In this document: one piece after another, positions 32,141 through 46,367 of the stretch
Layout: each line of letters opens with the position of its first letter
Numbering within the stretch: the stretch's first letter is position 1
Origin: Flaccisagitta enflata
Lineage: Eukaryota
Length of the DNA stretch: 64,000 nt
Reading direction: 5' to 3'
NCBI GenBank assembly: GCA_965153355.1
Contig: OZ231126.1
Span: 32,736,001-32,800,000 of the forward strand
Translations under genes and position numbers: made by a program
Notes under the pieces: generated by a model
What the model saw: the letters and a program-made list of their open reading frames with translations, nothing else
Database searches by the model: none
Told to the model about the DNA's origin: nothing

Positions 32141-34244
32141 TAGCGCTTGAATAAGATAAGCTCGAGGGTCTTAACAGTTCAGACTTTCTTCTGAAATCAA
32201 ATTCAACTGCGTGCAAGAAAGAATCACTACGACCGAACGCTAACTTCTACAATCCCGGCAACGGCTCCGGTAGATACATTTTGAAGTTCTGCTTTGGATC
32301 GCGTACGGAAAACAAAAGATCAAAGCACCCTCGATTTTTAATATTGAATCAATTGACGTGATGTTCCATACAATTTTCTGTTCTTGCGCTCAGAGTTAAA
32401 GTCTGGGGACCTAAAGGTCAACTTAATGGCAGACAAACATATTTCTTTTTAATCTATAGCATTTTATATATATTATGGTTGATCTTTTTTTCATCGATGT
32501 CAGTCATAACATTTGGAAGATGTTTCACTTTTCCTTCTAGATCTACTTCCTTACTCGGATGAAGACGTATGTAAAGGTGATTTTTATGGTGCGATTTTTC
32601 TTGTCATCGTTGCTGTCTTACTATGCTGTAGGGAGTTACCCAATAGCCTTACCTCTTACTTAAACAATTTTGCCATGGCACTAAATTGCATGTGAAAGCC
32701 TCTTGCATGCAGTCGGATTCACCCTCGGTAAAGTGATGAACTGTCTGCGCTTCTCGGTATCCGTCCCTCCATTTATTTATTGGTTTTAACCAGCCTGTCT
32801 CTCTTTCTAAGCGCACAATGATACATTGGAAGGTTAACTCTGACTTTGAGAAAATGCCGGTGGAGATGAGTTTTAAAAAGAAGTCGTTGAATAAATGTTA
32901 CCTTTTTATCCCACTTTTTTCAAAAAAAATGTTTGTAAAACATCAAAACGAGTAATGCTGAAGATTTATGATTTCCACAGTTGTATTCAGTGTCCTCACT
33001 TTAGTCAAATTGCTAAAAATCTTTTTTAAACGAGCTTTTTAACCCCCGCTGACATCGCCGCCTAGCTGTTGGTTACACCATTGTAGATGTTATTGCTGAT
33101 GGCAGTTTTGACGCTGTTGCATATGCTATCCAAGATGTTATTGCTGATGGCAGTTCTGACAATGTTGCTTACGCCACCATAGAAATTAGTGCTGATGGCA
33201 GCTCTAACGCTTTTGCTTATGCCGTTGTAGACATCATTGCTGCTGGAACATGGCAGTTCTGAAGCTATTGCTTTGGCCATCCTAGATGTTATTGCTGATG
33301 ACAGTTCAGACCCTGTTGTTTATGCCATCACAGACAATGAATGATCTTTTATTCGTCAGAATATGACAGTTTCATACAAACATACACACCTACTAAAAAC
33401 TATTAGCTATAAACTAATGAGGAAGCTCATTCTTCGTCCGTTTGATCCGAGATGAGGTGAGCGGTTAATATAGCTGAGACATGGCAGTTTTGATGCTGTT
33501 GCTTATGCCATCACGGACATTATTGCTGAAAGGACATGGCAGTTCTTACGCTGATGCTTCCGCCATCCTAGACAACATCGCTAATGGCAGTTCTGACGCC
33601 ATGGGTTACTGGCGTTATTGTTGCTGGTATTCATTATGCCGTTGCTAATGCCATGCTAGACAATATTGTTGATGGCGTTTTTGACACCATTGCTCACGCT
33701 ATTACTGCTGATGGTCGCTACGAGTGTTGAGATGTTACCAAAAAGCTAACGACGGACCTTTGCTTCTCGAAAAAAAAGAAAATCTCTTTTCGCCCTTTAG
33801 AGCTTCTGGGCAGACCAGAGAAGAAAAAGTCCATAACTTGGACGACCTTCCCATAATTTTGTCGCTTCCGGTTGCTCTTCCGGTTTTGATGCCACCGATC
33901 AGTGATGTACGCGAAGGAACGTCAGTGACTTCAGTGACGTCATGGACATCAGTTAGGACTACCCGGCTGTTGGGCATCAACAGTTGTCGGATACTGATTC
34001 TAAAAAAGTAAGGAGAAAAAGCTTTTTATTGCTGCCGTCAAGATGATTTTCTGTCGCGGACTAACAACTATTTAAGAGGCTTTGTCCGTCCGCTAGTCCG
34101 CGACGTTTCTGAAACCCCTCGTTACTTGGTCCGAGGCTCAAGATTCCTCTGTTTTGTGAATACATGAAATTTTTTAGATGCAGTTTGGGCCTCCAATTTT
34201 GCTGTCATACGCCATTGGAAAAATTCGTACAGACGTCGATATTT

Positions 34245-34348
34245 CGCTTTCTTCTTCTTCTTCTTCTGCTTCTGCTTCTGCTTCTGCTTCTGCTTCTGCT
34301 TCTGCTTTTTCTTTTTCTTTTTCTTTTTCTTTTTCTTTTTCTTTTTCT

Positions 34349-34383
<35 letters not shown>

Positions 34384-34640
34384 TTTTTTTTCTTTTTCTT
34401 TTTCTTTTTTTTTCTTCTTCTTTTCCTTCTCCTTCTTCCTCTTCCTCTTCCTCTTCCTCTCTCTCTTCCTTTTATTCTTTTTCTTTTTCTTTTTCTTTTT
34501 CTTTTTCTTTTTCTTTTTCTTTTTCTTTTTCTTTTTCTTTTGCTTCTTCTTCTTCTTCTTCTTCTTCTTCTTCTTTTTCTTTTTCTTTTTCTTTTTCTTT
34601 TTCTTTTTCTTCTTCTTCTGCTTCTTCTTCTTCTTCTCTA
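34245..34640. repeat. Pyrimidine simple repeats: (CTT)n, (CTTCTG)n, (CTTTTT)n
   Basis: Seen directly. Confidence 0.95.
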
Positions 34641-35639
34641 ATTCTCCTTCCTCTTCTCCATCTCTCTTGGCTAAACTGGATTTCCGATGATGGCTGTTGG
34701 CGGAAATAGCCCCGCATTCTGGGGAATCTTCGATATATGTGCCAGTGCGTGAAGCCCGAGCGTACTAGAGCCAGAGCGTACGTAATGCGTGTTGTTGACC
34801 TAGATTTTAGGTGGCTCTTTAATCCATGCAATACACTCAATTTATACTATATAAGCGATGAAAGTCTACAACATATAAATATTGGCAATATTGGCAGAAG
34901 TCAACAATCGATATCAAGTTGTAAAAAAATTTGTCATAGTAGGCACAGAAAGGTTGACTTGAAAGTCGATTTCTTCTCCTTTAAGAATAAACAGACGTTT
35001 TATGTCAACTAGTCACTTATTGTCACACAAGATTCATTATTGCGTCGCTCACGTGCTACTCACTTGGCGTACAATTTGCACAATCTTCTTTCTCTCCATT
35101 GAATGGCACCTGAGCTTTTTGCATGGTCGGTGGTTGATGGAATTATTTCCTCGGTTATTTCTATATTCTACATTTTTGCAGCGTTTTATCCTTGACTCAG
35201 TGCTCACAAGTCACGCCCGGGCTGTAAAGGAGATTATTCTTTGGCTCAAGCTCGTCTCTTTTTTCTCGTTATGCAACATTACCTTATGCTAACACGCTTA
35301 CCGCCGCGTCCACGTCGTCGCTGTGGGCAATGTCGTAGTTATCGTCGTTTTCGTCGTTATCGTCGTTATCGTCGTTATCGTCGTTATCGTCGTCATTGTC
35401 ATCTTTGTTGACGCTTATGTCGTCTCCACCGATATGATTTTCGCGCGGCGTTGTGGCCATGAATTTGTGGCGCTTATCGTCGGTAGTTGTCATTGATTCC
35501 ATTGCAAAAATTGAGCTGGAAGAGACAATTATTTCCTTCACCATCTACTGTCTCGTGCTACGCGATTTAGTGGTACTCGTTGGCCGGCACTACGGGCGGT
35601 GGCATGGTCAAAAACAATCGTCACAGTACCACTTTTTAT

Positions 35640-36120
<481 letters not shown>

Positions 36121-36481
36121 TCAACATCTTTATTTTACCACTTCTCAGATATATCTTATTTTCTTGATATTCTCTCCCATTATATCGCTAGCTCTTTTCC
36201 TACTTCTTTCCCGTCTAGTCTCAGACCATTCTCCATTTTCTTCTCCATTATTCTCTCATATTAAATCTTTGTCAGCCCCCTTTAAAGGCCATTGTACTTC
36301 ATTACATAATCTATAACTACGTACACTTAGTCGTTTGGCTCTCGTCAATGAATCACGTCGGTTTTTGTTACCCTTTCCCATTCATCTTCCATCCTGTCCA
36401 AGAATCGGATCTTAGAGCGGGTGTACGGGGATGAGTGTGCATGAGATTTTGTAAATATATGTGTACATATGCTTACGCACA

Positions 36482-36587
<106 letters not shown>

Positions 36588-36847
36588 GTCCGTCCGTCCG
36601 TGCGTCAATACTGTCGGGTCCCTTTTTCGCAGGCTTATACGCCCAATCGCGGAGGAGCACGTGCACGCACATGTTCCCATGATGGCCCGCACGTCCAACT
36701 GGCGAACCCTGAGGCCTAATTGTATGACTGGAAGAGTTAGAGAGAACGACGTGATGGCCTGTGCTGAAGAAACGAACAATGTGAGCTTGAGTCGAGTGAC
36801 ATGGTAGTCCCAGTGAAAGACAATGAGTTCATTGCGTTTGTTGATGT

Positions 36848-37060
<213 letters not shown>

Positions 37061-37165
37061 GTCTGTGTGTTTCAGAGAGAGAAGAGAAGAGAAGAAGAAG
37101 AGAGAGAGTGAAAGAGAGGCCAGAGAAAAAAGAACCAGGAGAGACAGACAGTCCAGACATGATGT

Positions 37166-37239
<74 letters not shown>

Positions 37240-37636
37240 GAATTATAGAACTCGAGACAATGGCTGTGATAGATGGAGGTCACTCATTTTGGCTGAGACG
37301 TTGGACGTGAGAGATAAAAGAACAATAACTCGGTTGGCGAGGATAAATTCGAGAGGGCAGAACGTTGGTAAGTGGCTCCGCGCAGCGGGTGACAATGCCC
37401 AGCAGCCTCGATTGAAAGAAGACAAAAGAAAAACAAAGAGAAAAGGAACCGCAGGGCTTGGCTATATGTACGACCTTGTTTCGTGACGTTGCAACCTAAA
37501 AAGTAAAGTGGGTCCATAAAGAGAAATGATGCAAACAAACCACCGAACCAATCAGCGATTCAAACAGTCTCTCACTATGACAGTCTTTTTTTCTCTCTGT
37601 ATCTTCAGTTTCAGATTCTCTGTCCCTTTGTCACTT

Positions 37637-37750
<114 letters not shown>

Positions 37751-38007
37751 CCCACATTTTCTTCGCCATCTCCAAAGCACTACAAGTCGTATAACCATAC
37801 GAGTAATGACAGTGAAGAATAAAGATCCTCAAAATGTGACGCCGACGCCGACACTGAGGCTTCATTCAGAAAGAAGGAGAGAAAAGAGAAAAGAAGAAAA
37901 GAGAGAAAAGAGATGAGTATTTTTCAAGGGCAAAACCGGCGGCTTCACATCATTCACACACACGCACTTATATGTAGCTCAAGTCTCTATCTTCTCTCCT
38001 TTTCTAT

Positions 38008-38315
38008 TCTTCTCTTCTTCTTCTTCTTCTTCTTCTTCTTCTTTTTCTTCTTCTTCTTCTTCTTCTTCTTCTTCTTCTTCTTCTTCTTCTTCTTCTTCTT
38101 CTTCTTCTTCTTCTTCTTCTTCTTTTTCTTCTTCTTCTTCTTCTTCTAGTTCTTCTTCTTCTTCTTCTTCTTCTTCTTCTTCTTCTTCTTCTTCTTCTTC
38201 TTCTTCTTCTTCTTCTTCTTCTTCTTCTTCTTCTTCTTCTTCTTCTTCTTCTTCTTCTTCTTCTTCTTCTTCTTCTTCTTCTTCTTCTTCTTCTTCTTCT
38301 TCTTCTTCTTCTTCT
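38008..38315. repeat. (CTT)n microsatellite
   Basis: Seen directly. Confidence 0.95.
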
Positions 38316-40475
38316 CACTCTCTTATCTTTATGATACAGCAAGAAGCGGGAATTGTGTGTGTGTATATGTCTCGAATCTATACGCTTTCTCCGCGCCTTG
38401 TCTGCTTCTCTTCTACGCTTAATGCACGTTTCAGTCGCCTCCCCGCTAAATATCCGATTGTACGGAGGCATGGGGATGTGGAGGGGCTGAGGGAGTGAGG
38501 TGCTAGAGGTGGTGAGGTCGAAATTTAGGGAGTAAGGAGTGCACTGTGCACGTCGAGCCAAATTTGACCATTCATGCAAAAATTGATAAGAAGGGCATAA
38601 AGAGGCAATCGGATGGAAGCGTGTTTTTTTCCAAATGCCGCTGCTCATGCCTTGAAACGCGATTCTATCATCAAAATAATTGCACCTCGGGGAAAAAGAT
38701 ACATCGCCGCACTTGAAAGGTTGTGAAATGGTCAGTCAGACAGACGAATGGATCAGCTCAGCCTCATGTATCATCGACTACCGCGCAATGTGGGTTGGTG
38801 GTGGAAGCGGGACGTCGAGACAGCGGGGCAGTGATCAAATTGACGTTGAATGGCCCCTTGGAGGTCGAATCTGTCAGCGATTTTCTTTCATCGCCAAAGA
38901 TGAGTGTCGTAGGTGAATCCAATGGCGCCAACACCATCGCTCTTATGCCACACCATCGCTCTAATGTCACGCTATCCCCTCAGCTGTCGCCACCACTGAT
39001 GATGTTACAGTTGTTGTGTGCAACACCATCGCTCTAGCGCAATACTAATCCCTTCGCTATCGCCACTCACGCTCCTCAATTTGACTTTTTATTGGAAATA
39101 GAATAAAGTTCGGCACAAACTCCATCAATGCTTGTGTTTTTATCTTATTTGGTAGTTTTTTGGGTTCCAAGTTCCTTCTTCAAGCAAAAGTTGTCTCTGG
39201 CAGCTTTTTCAAAGACAAAACGTCATGAAATACTTCTCTGTCTGTAAGGTTTTATCGCTTCCAGAAATCTAGCATTTTATAACATAACAAGACGCAATGC
39301 GAAACCCAATCTTGCTCTGAATAGCATTTTTACAACTCTGTAGGAGGTTTTGTTTTTCAGTAGTTGGTCATTAAATTGGTCGGTTTGTCTGTTGCTGCGT
39401 TCATACATTACATTTGCTCTGAATTGCTATTTTTGATGCTGTGAAGGAAAACAAAAATTTTGTTCATGTAATTCTGAATTCTAAGACCAGAAATTAACAA
39501 TCGCATTTGTGGAGTTCTCCATTGTGTTTTCTCCAAAAACCGAGGGTGCACTTCTGATTCGAAGTTTCACAGTTTTTTTGGCAATTTTGTGTGCAACACT
39601 ATTTCGCTCACGCCATGCTATACCTTATCCACCTATAGTGGTACTATTGCCAATGCTGACGAAGTGATGATCTTACACAGTTCTTGTGTACAACGCCATC
39701 CCTTTTGTGTAACACTATCCCGGTCACTGAGGCTTCTACTGATGAAATTACAGAATTTTTTTGTGTGCAACGCCATTAATTATGTGCAACGCTACCCTTG
39801 TCTTTGTGTCTTGTACACGGTTCTAATTCGCAATGCTAGCATTTTTATGCGTTCTAATTCGCTTCACTATCACCATTTTAAGAATGGCATTGCCGTTGCT
39901 TTTATGCCACGATATCCTCGGTGTCATCAGTCTGTATGCACTGCAAATGCGCATCAAGACTTTACAACCCGCTTTGTCCGTCCGTCCGTCGGTTGGTTAG
40001 TTGGCTGGTTGGTCACGTTTTACTTTTTTTTCATTTATTTCTTTGACCTCACTTCTCCTGCCCTAATGGTCTAGTGACCTCTGCCCACCCACACGCGACT
40101 TTGGTAGCTGTGTATCCGGCCTTGTTACCCATACTCGTACTCCTACTTGATCGTTATCCCTGCTGCAATATAGATTAACATTGCTGCTGCTGTGTAACCA
40201 TTTTACCCCATGGAAAGAATAAATCGTGTTCTCTGTTTTTAGTCGCGTGCTACGCGACTCTACACCCCACTTTGTCCGTCCGACCATCCATCGGTCTGTC
40301 GGTCGGTCTGTCACATTTTATTTTTTTATCATTCTTATTTTTCTGACCTCACTGCTCCTGCCAAGATGGTCTAGTGACCTCAAATATGGCCCCTGCCCAC
40401 CCGCACGCGACTGGGGTAACCGTGTATCCGGCCTTGCTTTTTTTTCAATTTTCTCTCAATGACCTCCACGTATTA

Positions 40476-41031
40476 CTATCTTGGAAAAAATAAAAGTCCC
40501 AGTAAAACAGTATTGCTATTCATTACTGTTATTTCCTGCACAAAATTCAATTTTTGTGTATAAATGATTAGTTAAGGCTTTTTTGGTACCAAATATCATT
40601 TGTAATCATTTGGGTAGACATAGATGAAGGATTTTTTAACAATTTTGCATAACAAGTCCCTTGATTTTCTTAACAATTTTTGTTTTTGAACTAAAAAAAT
40701 CTGCTTGGCGGCATTAGACAGATTTTTTGAAGCTCTTTCAAATGGTCACCGATTTTCATAGGATTTTATCATGATAAGCCAAGAAAAAGTAAAAATAAAC
40801 AGGTCAATTTTTCCCCCTCATTTTTTGCATATTTTCTGCTTTTTGTTGAGGTGAACGTTTTCACTCTTTTAGCTCTAAAATCTAAACGAATTGAGCTACA
40901 TAGCTCTGCTTGGCGCCATTTTGAAGATTTTTTCAAGCTCTTTCTAATGGTCACTGATTTTAATAGGTTCTCTTAAGTTGTTCTATCACAAATTAGCCAT
41001 ATAGGTGGGACTTTTATTTTTTCCAAGATAG
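40476..41031. mobile_element. Tc1/mariner-type MITE
   Basis: Perfect 26-bp TIR CTATCTTGGAAAAAATAAAAGTCCCA, flanked by TA on both sides. Confidence 0.9.
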
Positions 41032-41370
41032 TATTATGATATAAAAAATAGTCGCATAAAATTTATATTTGATTACCACTGCCAAATCAGCCAACAATTT
41101 AAACGATGAGAATGATGTGTCGAAGTTGATCATAAGACGGAGAGCATCTGACGGCAAGATTTAGTGTGTCAACGGGGGTAAAAAAAGAAAATTCTATGAG
41201 AATAAAAGTAAGAAAAAACATAAAAAGAATCATTGAGGTATATCCTAGTAAATATTTTATTGCAAAATTTGCATCCAAATAGTAAAAAAAAGCAAGTAAA
41301 GCTAACATTAACTAATTATTTTTACTTAAAAAAGTCTAAAATTCAATAATTTGTTCACTGATAGGAGGCT

Positions 41371-41511
41371 TGTCAAAATTATAACTTTGCATGGAAAATG
41401 AAAAAACTCAAAAATGAAGAACATAGCCCCCTTCCAAACTTGATTATGGAGGGGGCTATGTTCTTAGAAATGCAAAATTTCTTTGCATTTGTGTGTCTTA
41501 TAATTTTGACA
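41371..41511. mobile_element. Short hairpin element (MITE-like)
   Basis: Outer arms TGTCAAAATTATAA and TTATAATTTTGACA; inner arms AGAACATAGCCCCCTTCCA and TGGAGGGGGCTATGTTCT. Confidence 0.6.
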
Positions 41512-41524
41512 GCAGCATTTAGAT

Positions 41525-44104
41525 AAACAAGGCCAACACCTATAAGTCGCGTGCAGGACAAAAATAACTGAACTGACCTGACTCCTTATTGTATCTTTTT
41601 ATCGAAAATCAGACTTAAAAGCAACCCAAAACAGACCCAAACCAGACCCAAACCAGACTCAAACCAGACTCAAACCAGACTCAAACCAGACTCAAACCAG
41701 ACTCAAACCAGACTCAAACCAGACTCAAACCGGAATTAAACCAGACCGAAACCAGACCTAAATCAGACATAAACCAGACATAAACCAGATTTAAGCCAGA
41801 CTCAAACCAGACTCAAACCAGACTCAAACCAGACTCAAACCAGACTCAAACCAGACTCAAACCAGACTCAAACCAGACTCAAACCAGATTCAAACCAGAC
41901 TTAAACCAGACCGAAACCAGGCTCAAACCAGGCTCAAACCAGGCTCAAACTAGAATCAAACCAGACTCAAACCAGACTCAAACCAGACTCAAACCAGACT
42001 CAAACCAGACTCAAACAAGAATTAAACCAGACCAAAACCAGACCAAAACCAGACCAAAACCAGACCAAAACCAGACCTAAATCAGACCTAAATCAGACCT
42101 AAATCAAACAAAAACCAGACACAAACCAGACATACACCAGACCTAACCCAGACCTAAACCAGACATAAATCAGACATGAACCAGTCTTAAACCAGACTTA
42201 AACCAGACTTAAACCAGACTTAAACCATACTTAAACCAGACTTAAACCAGACTTAAACCATACTTATCTTCAATATCATTTTAACCAGCAGACTTAAACC
42301 ATTAGACCTGCAGACTTAAACCATTAGATTTAAACCAGCAGACTTCAACCAGCAGACTTTAACCAGCAGACTTTAACCAGCAGACTTTAACCAGCAGACT
42401 TTAACCAGCAGACTTTAACCAAAATGACCAAAAATGACCAAAAATGACCAAAAATGACCAAAATGACCAAAATGACCAAAATGACCAAAGATGACCAAAG
42501 ATGACCAAAAATGACCAAAAATGACCAATATGGCCAAAATGACCAAAAATGATCAAAAATGACCAAAAATGACCAAAAATGACCAAAATGACCAAAATGA
42601 CCAAAAATGACCAAAAATGACCAAAAATGACCAAAAATGACCAAAAATGATCAAAGTGACCTAAAATGACCTAAAATGACCTCAAATGACCTGAAAAGTC
42701 CAAAAATGACCAAAAATGACCAAAAATGACCAATAATGACAAAAAATGACACAAAATGACACAAAATGACCCAAAATGACCAAAAATGATCAAAAATGAC
42801 CAAAATTGATCAAAAATGACCAAAATTGATCAAAAATGACCAAAATGACCCACAGTGTTCCCTAGCTGTGATAGGTAGGAAAAAATGACTCAGCATAGTG
42901 ACCTATTCGAGGTTGTTGCTTACATGTAGGTGCATCTCACCATATATGAAATTAAAAATTCTGTTGGGATTTTTTTGAAAAATATACAAAAAACACAATT
43001 TTTTATACAATTTGTGCCATAAATCTCTGTGATCAATTTTTAGATAATTTTCGAGTTCAGAATTGAATTTAGATGATGTTTTCTGTTTCGTTTGATATGT
43101 CACACTATATACTTTCAAAGAAAGAAAGAAAGTTCATTTTTTGAATATAATACTACAATAATAAATATCATTTTAAGTAATTTAAAGACAAAATGAACTT
43201 TTTATTCTTCTTTAAAAGTATATAGTGTGACATATCAAACGAAACATAAAACATCATCTAAGTCAGTTCTGAACTCAAAAATTATCTAAAAATTGATCAC
43301 AAAGATTTATGGCACAAATTGTAAAAAAAATTGTGTTTTTTGTATATTTTTCAAAAAAATCCCAACAGAATTTTTAGTTTCATGTATGGTGAGATGCACC
43401 TACATGTAAGCAACAACCCAGAATAGGTCACTATGCTGAGTCATTTTTTCCTACCTACCACAGCTAGGGAGCACGGTGGACCAATATGACCAAAATGCCC
43501 AAAAATGATCAAAAAAGACCAAAAATGACAAAAAATGATCAAAAATAGCCAGAAATGTCCAAAAATGACACAAAATGACCCAAAACGACCCAAAATGACC
43601 AAAATGACCAAAATGACCAAAAATGACCAAAAATGACAAAAAAATGATCAAAAATAACCAGAAATGACCCAAAATGATCAAAAATGATCAAAAATGATCA
43701 AAAATGACCAATAATGACCAATAATGACCAAAATGACCAAAATGGCGAAAATGATCAAAATGACAAAAAATGACCAAAAATGATCAAAAATGATTAAAAA
43801 TGATTAGAAATGATTAAAAATGATTATGAATGATCACAAACGACCGAAAATGACCAAAAATGACCAAAATGACCAAAATGACCAATATGAACAAAATGAC
43901 CAAAATGACCAAAATGACCAAAAATGACCAAAAATGACTAAAAGCAACCAAAAATGACCAAAAATGACTAAAAGCAACCAAAAATGACCAAAAACGACAC
44001 AAAAAAGCAAAGTGTTACCGACGGACCGACCGACCGGACCGACCGACGGACCGACCGACCGACGGACAGAGCGGGTTGTAGAGTCGCGTGCACGCGACAA
44101 AAAA
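41525..44104 (+). mobile_element. Expanded HINE-like element containing three minisatellite arrays and a nested foldback element
   Basis: Starts AAACAAGGCC..AGTCGCGTGC and ends (GACC)n..GTAGAGTCGCGTGCACGCGACAAAAAA; inside are (AAACCAGACTC)n at about 41628-42265, (TTTAACCAGCAGAC)n at about 42280-42420 and (AAAATGACCA)n at about 42421-44000. Confidence 0.65.
42851..43478. mobile_element. 628-bp foldback (near-palindromic) DNA element with CAC...GTG ends and 4-bp TSD GACC (Chapaev/Transib-like termini)
   Basis: CACAGTGTTCCCTAGCTGTGATAGGTAGG... pairs with ...CCTACCTACCACAGCTAGGGAGCACGGTG over about 290 bp; GACC at 42847-42850 and 43479-43482; interrupts the AAAATGACC array. Confidence 0.85.
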
Positions 44105-46280
44105 TGTAAGCACAATTTTCTTAAAAATCCTTTTTTCCTCATATGAATTGCTGATTTAAAGGTTCATTTGAGGTCAGCTTATGGCAGAGACATACACATA
44201 GAGTATTTCTGGAGACAATTTGTCTCATGAAAACATCTGTTGCATCATAATTATTCAACTATAGTTGAAAAAATGGGGTGAAACACTAAATGTTGACATC
44301 AATTGCTCGCCGTCATAACGAGATATCGACGATGAGGAAAGCTATCGAGAGAATGACAGAACTATCGTTATTCAGATAATTAAAGGACGTGATCTCAATT
44401 ATGTGGAACATCGTTTCATTTATAGAGCATCGTCTAACTTAATTGTCAGCCAAGGCACAATATGACAGGGCCGACTTTGGGGGGTCAAAAATTGATTTTG
44501 AGAAATGGGCATCAACACTGGTCTAGAAGGCGAGGAAAAACATAAACTAAGACCAAACCAACTTTTTTAGACCTATTTTAGAGCTACAGCGGCGTCACGA
44601 GCTTCTCGAAGTCAAAAATCGATGACATTTTTGTGTCAAAAACTGTCTCCTTTTTGCAATGACATGCGGGTGAAAAAACAGTCCTTGCGGCTCCAAAAAT
44701 TGGATTTTTGATATGCGGATTTTTTTGCTGGTTAGGTATTGAGCACCTTTACTGACATCAGGAAAAAAAATTCGACCTGGGTTTAAAATTTTGGGGGGAA
44801 AATTAAAGTATCTTAATTTTTTGATTTTTTTTTAATGCAAAATGAGCAAAAAGTAGTTCTAAAAGTCATATAGCCCCAGAAAGTCCCAGCATTTTTTTTT
44901 CCAGAATTTGGTAGCCCTAAGAGTGTACAATTACGGACCAGTGTCAATTTTTGAGGAACCTGGTGGAACTTCAGCCATTTTTGACCACATTTGGCAAAAT
45001 GTAAAAAATGTCATTTTTGGTAAAAAACAAATCAATTTATCTCTTAACAAAATTTAGTGAGGATGTCAATTTTTAGCAGGAGACTAAGTCTTTACATTAT
45101 GTTTGATGTTTTGGATCCAAATTTTGCAGTCAATTTGCAGAGCGGCCCAACTACTCTACCAACAAGAATTTTGAAAAATGGGTATGAACTGGTCAAAAAT
45201 TCTCAAATTAAGCTGAAAAGTTGCATACAGGTTGATTTTGACCTTTGAAATCATTTGCTATTGTTTAGATGTGAGTGAAACGTGTGCAAAGTGCCTAGAA
45301 GTGGCCTAATTTTTGATGAAAAAAGGGCAAAATTGGTCAAAATTTGAAAATTTGAAATTTTAGGGTTCAGACCCCATCAAAGAGAATCATTTACATCAAA
45401 AACAATTGATTTGCACTTTTGTTGAGATTTGAAGTCAATTTTTGGCCATTTTGAGCCATTTTTGGCCATTTTGAGCCATTTTTGGCAAAAAATGGCCTAA
45501 AATGGCTCAAAATCAGCATTTTCTTCGAACTGATTGTTGTAATTTGGAATTTTTTTGCCAATATCACTCATTCCACTTAGAACTAGGAAAAACATACTGA
45601 TTAGGACCTTTGAACACTTACACCGGGGCCAAAACAGGCCAAAAACAGGCCAAAAACAGCCAAAAATGGCCAAAATCAGCATCTTCTTCAAGCTGATCGT
45701 TGTTATTCAGATTTTTATTGCCAGTCTTACTCATTCTAGACAGACCCTTCAACATTCATACCAGGGCCATAACAGGCCAAAATCAGGCCAAAAATGGCCT
45801 AAAATGGAAAATTGGCATTTTCTTCACTCTGATCGTTGTTACTTGGAATCTTTTTGCCAATCTCACTCAAACCACTCAGAACTAGGAAAAATATACTCAT
45901 TTGGACCATTAAACACTCATACCAGGGCCATAACAGGCCAAAAACAGGTGGGTCGAATCAAACAAGGCCGGATACACGGCTACCCCAGTTGCGTGCGGGT
46001 GGGCAGGGGCCGTATTTGTGGTCACTTGATGATTTGGGCAGGAGCAGTGAAGTCAAAGACCGCAAAAACCCAAAAAGAGTAAAGTGTGACGGACGGTCGA
46101 AGAGACGGACGACAGACGGACGGACGGATGGACCGACAAAGCGGGGTGTAGAGTCGCGTAGCACGTGACTAGAAATTTTCAACCTTGTTGATATTATTGT
46201 TTGAATTAATAATTCAATGAATTATACTAAATCAATCACTTCTATACAATACAGTGCGGCGCATAAAAAACAGGACAGTA

Positions 46281-46367
<87 letters not shown>

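Noticed and set aside
42387-44142. ORFs with VIFGHFWSFL repeats
   Set aside because: Translations of the AAAATGACC minisatellite
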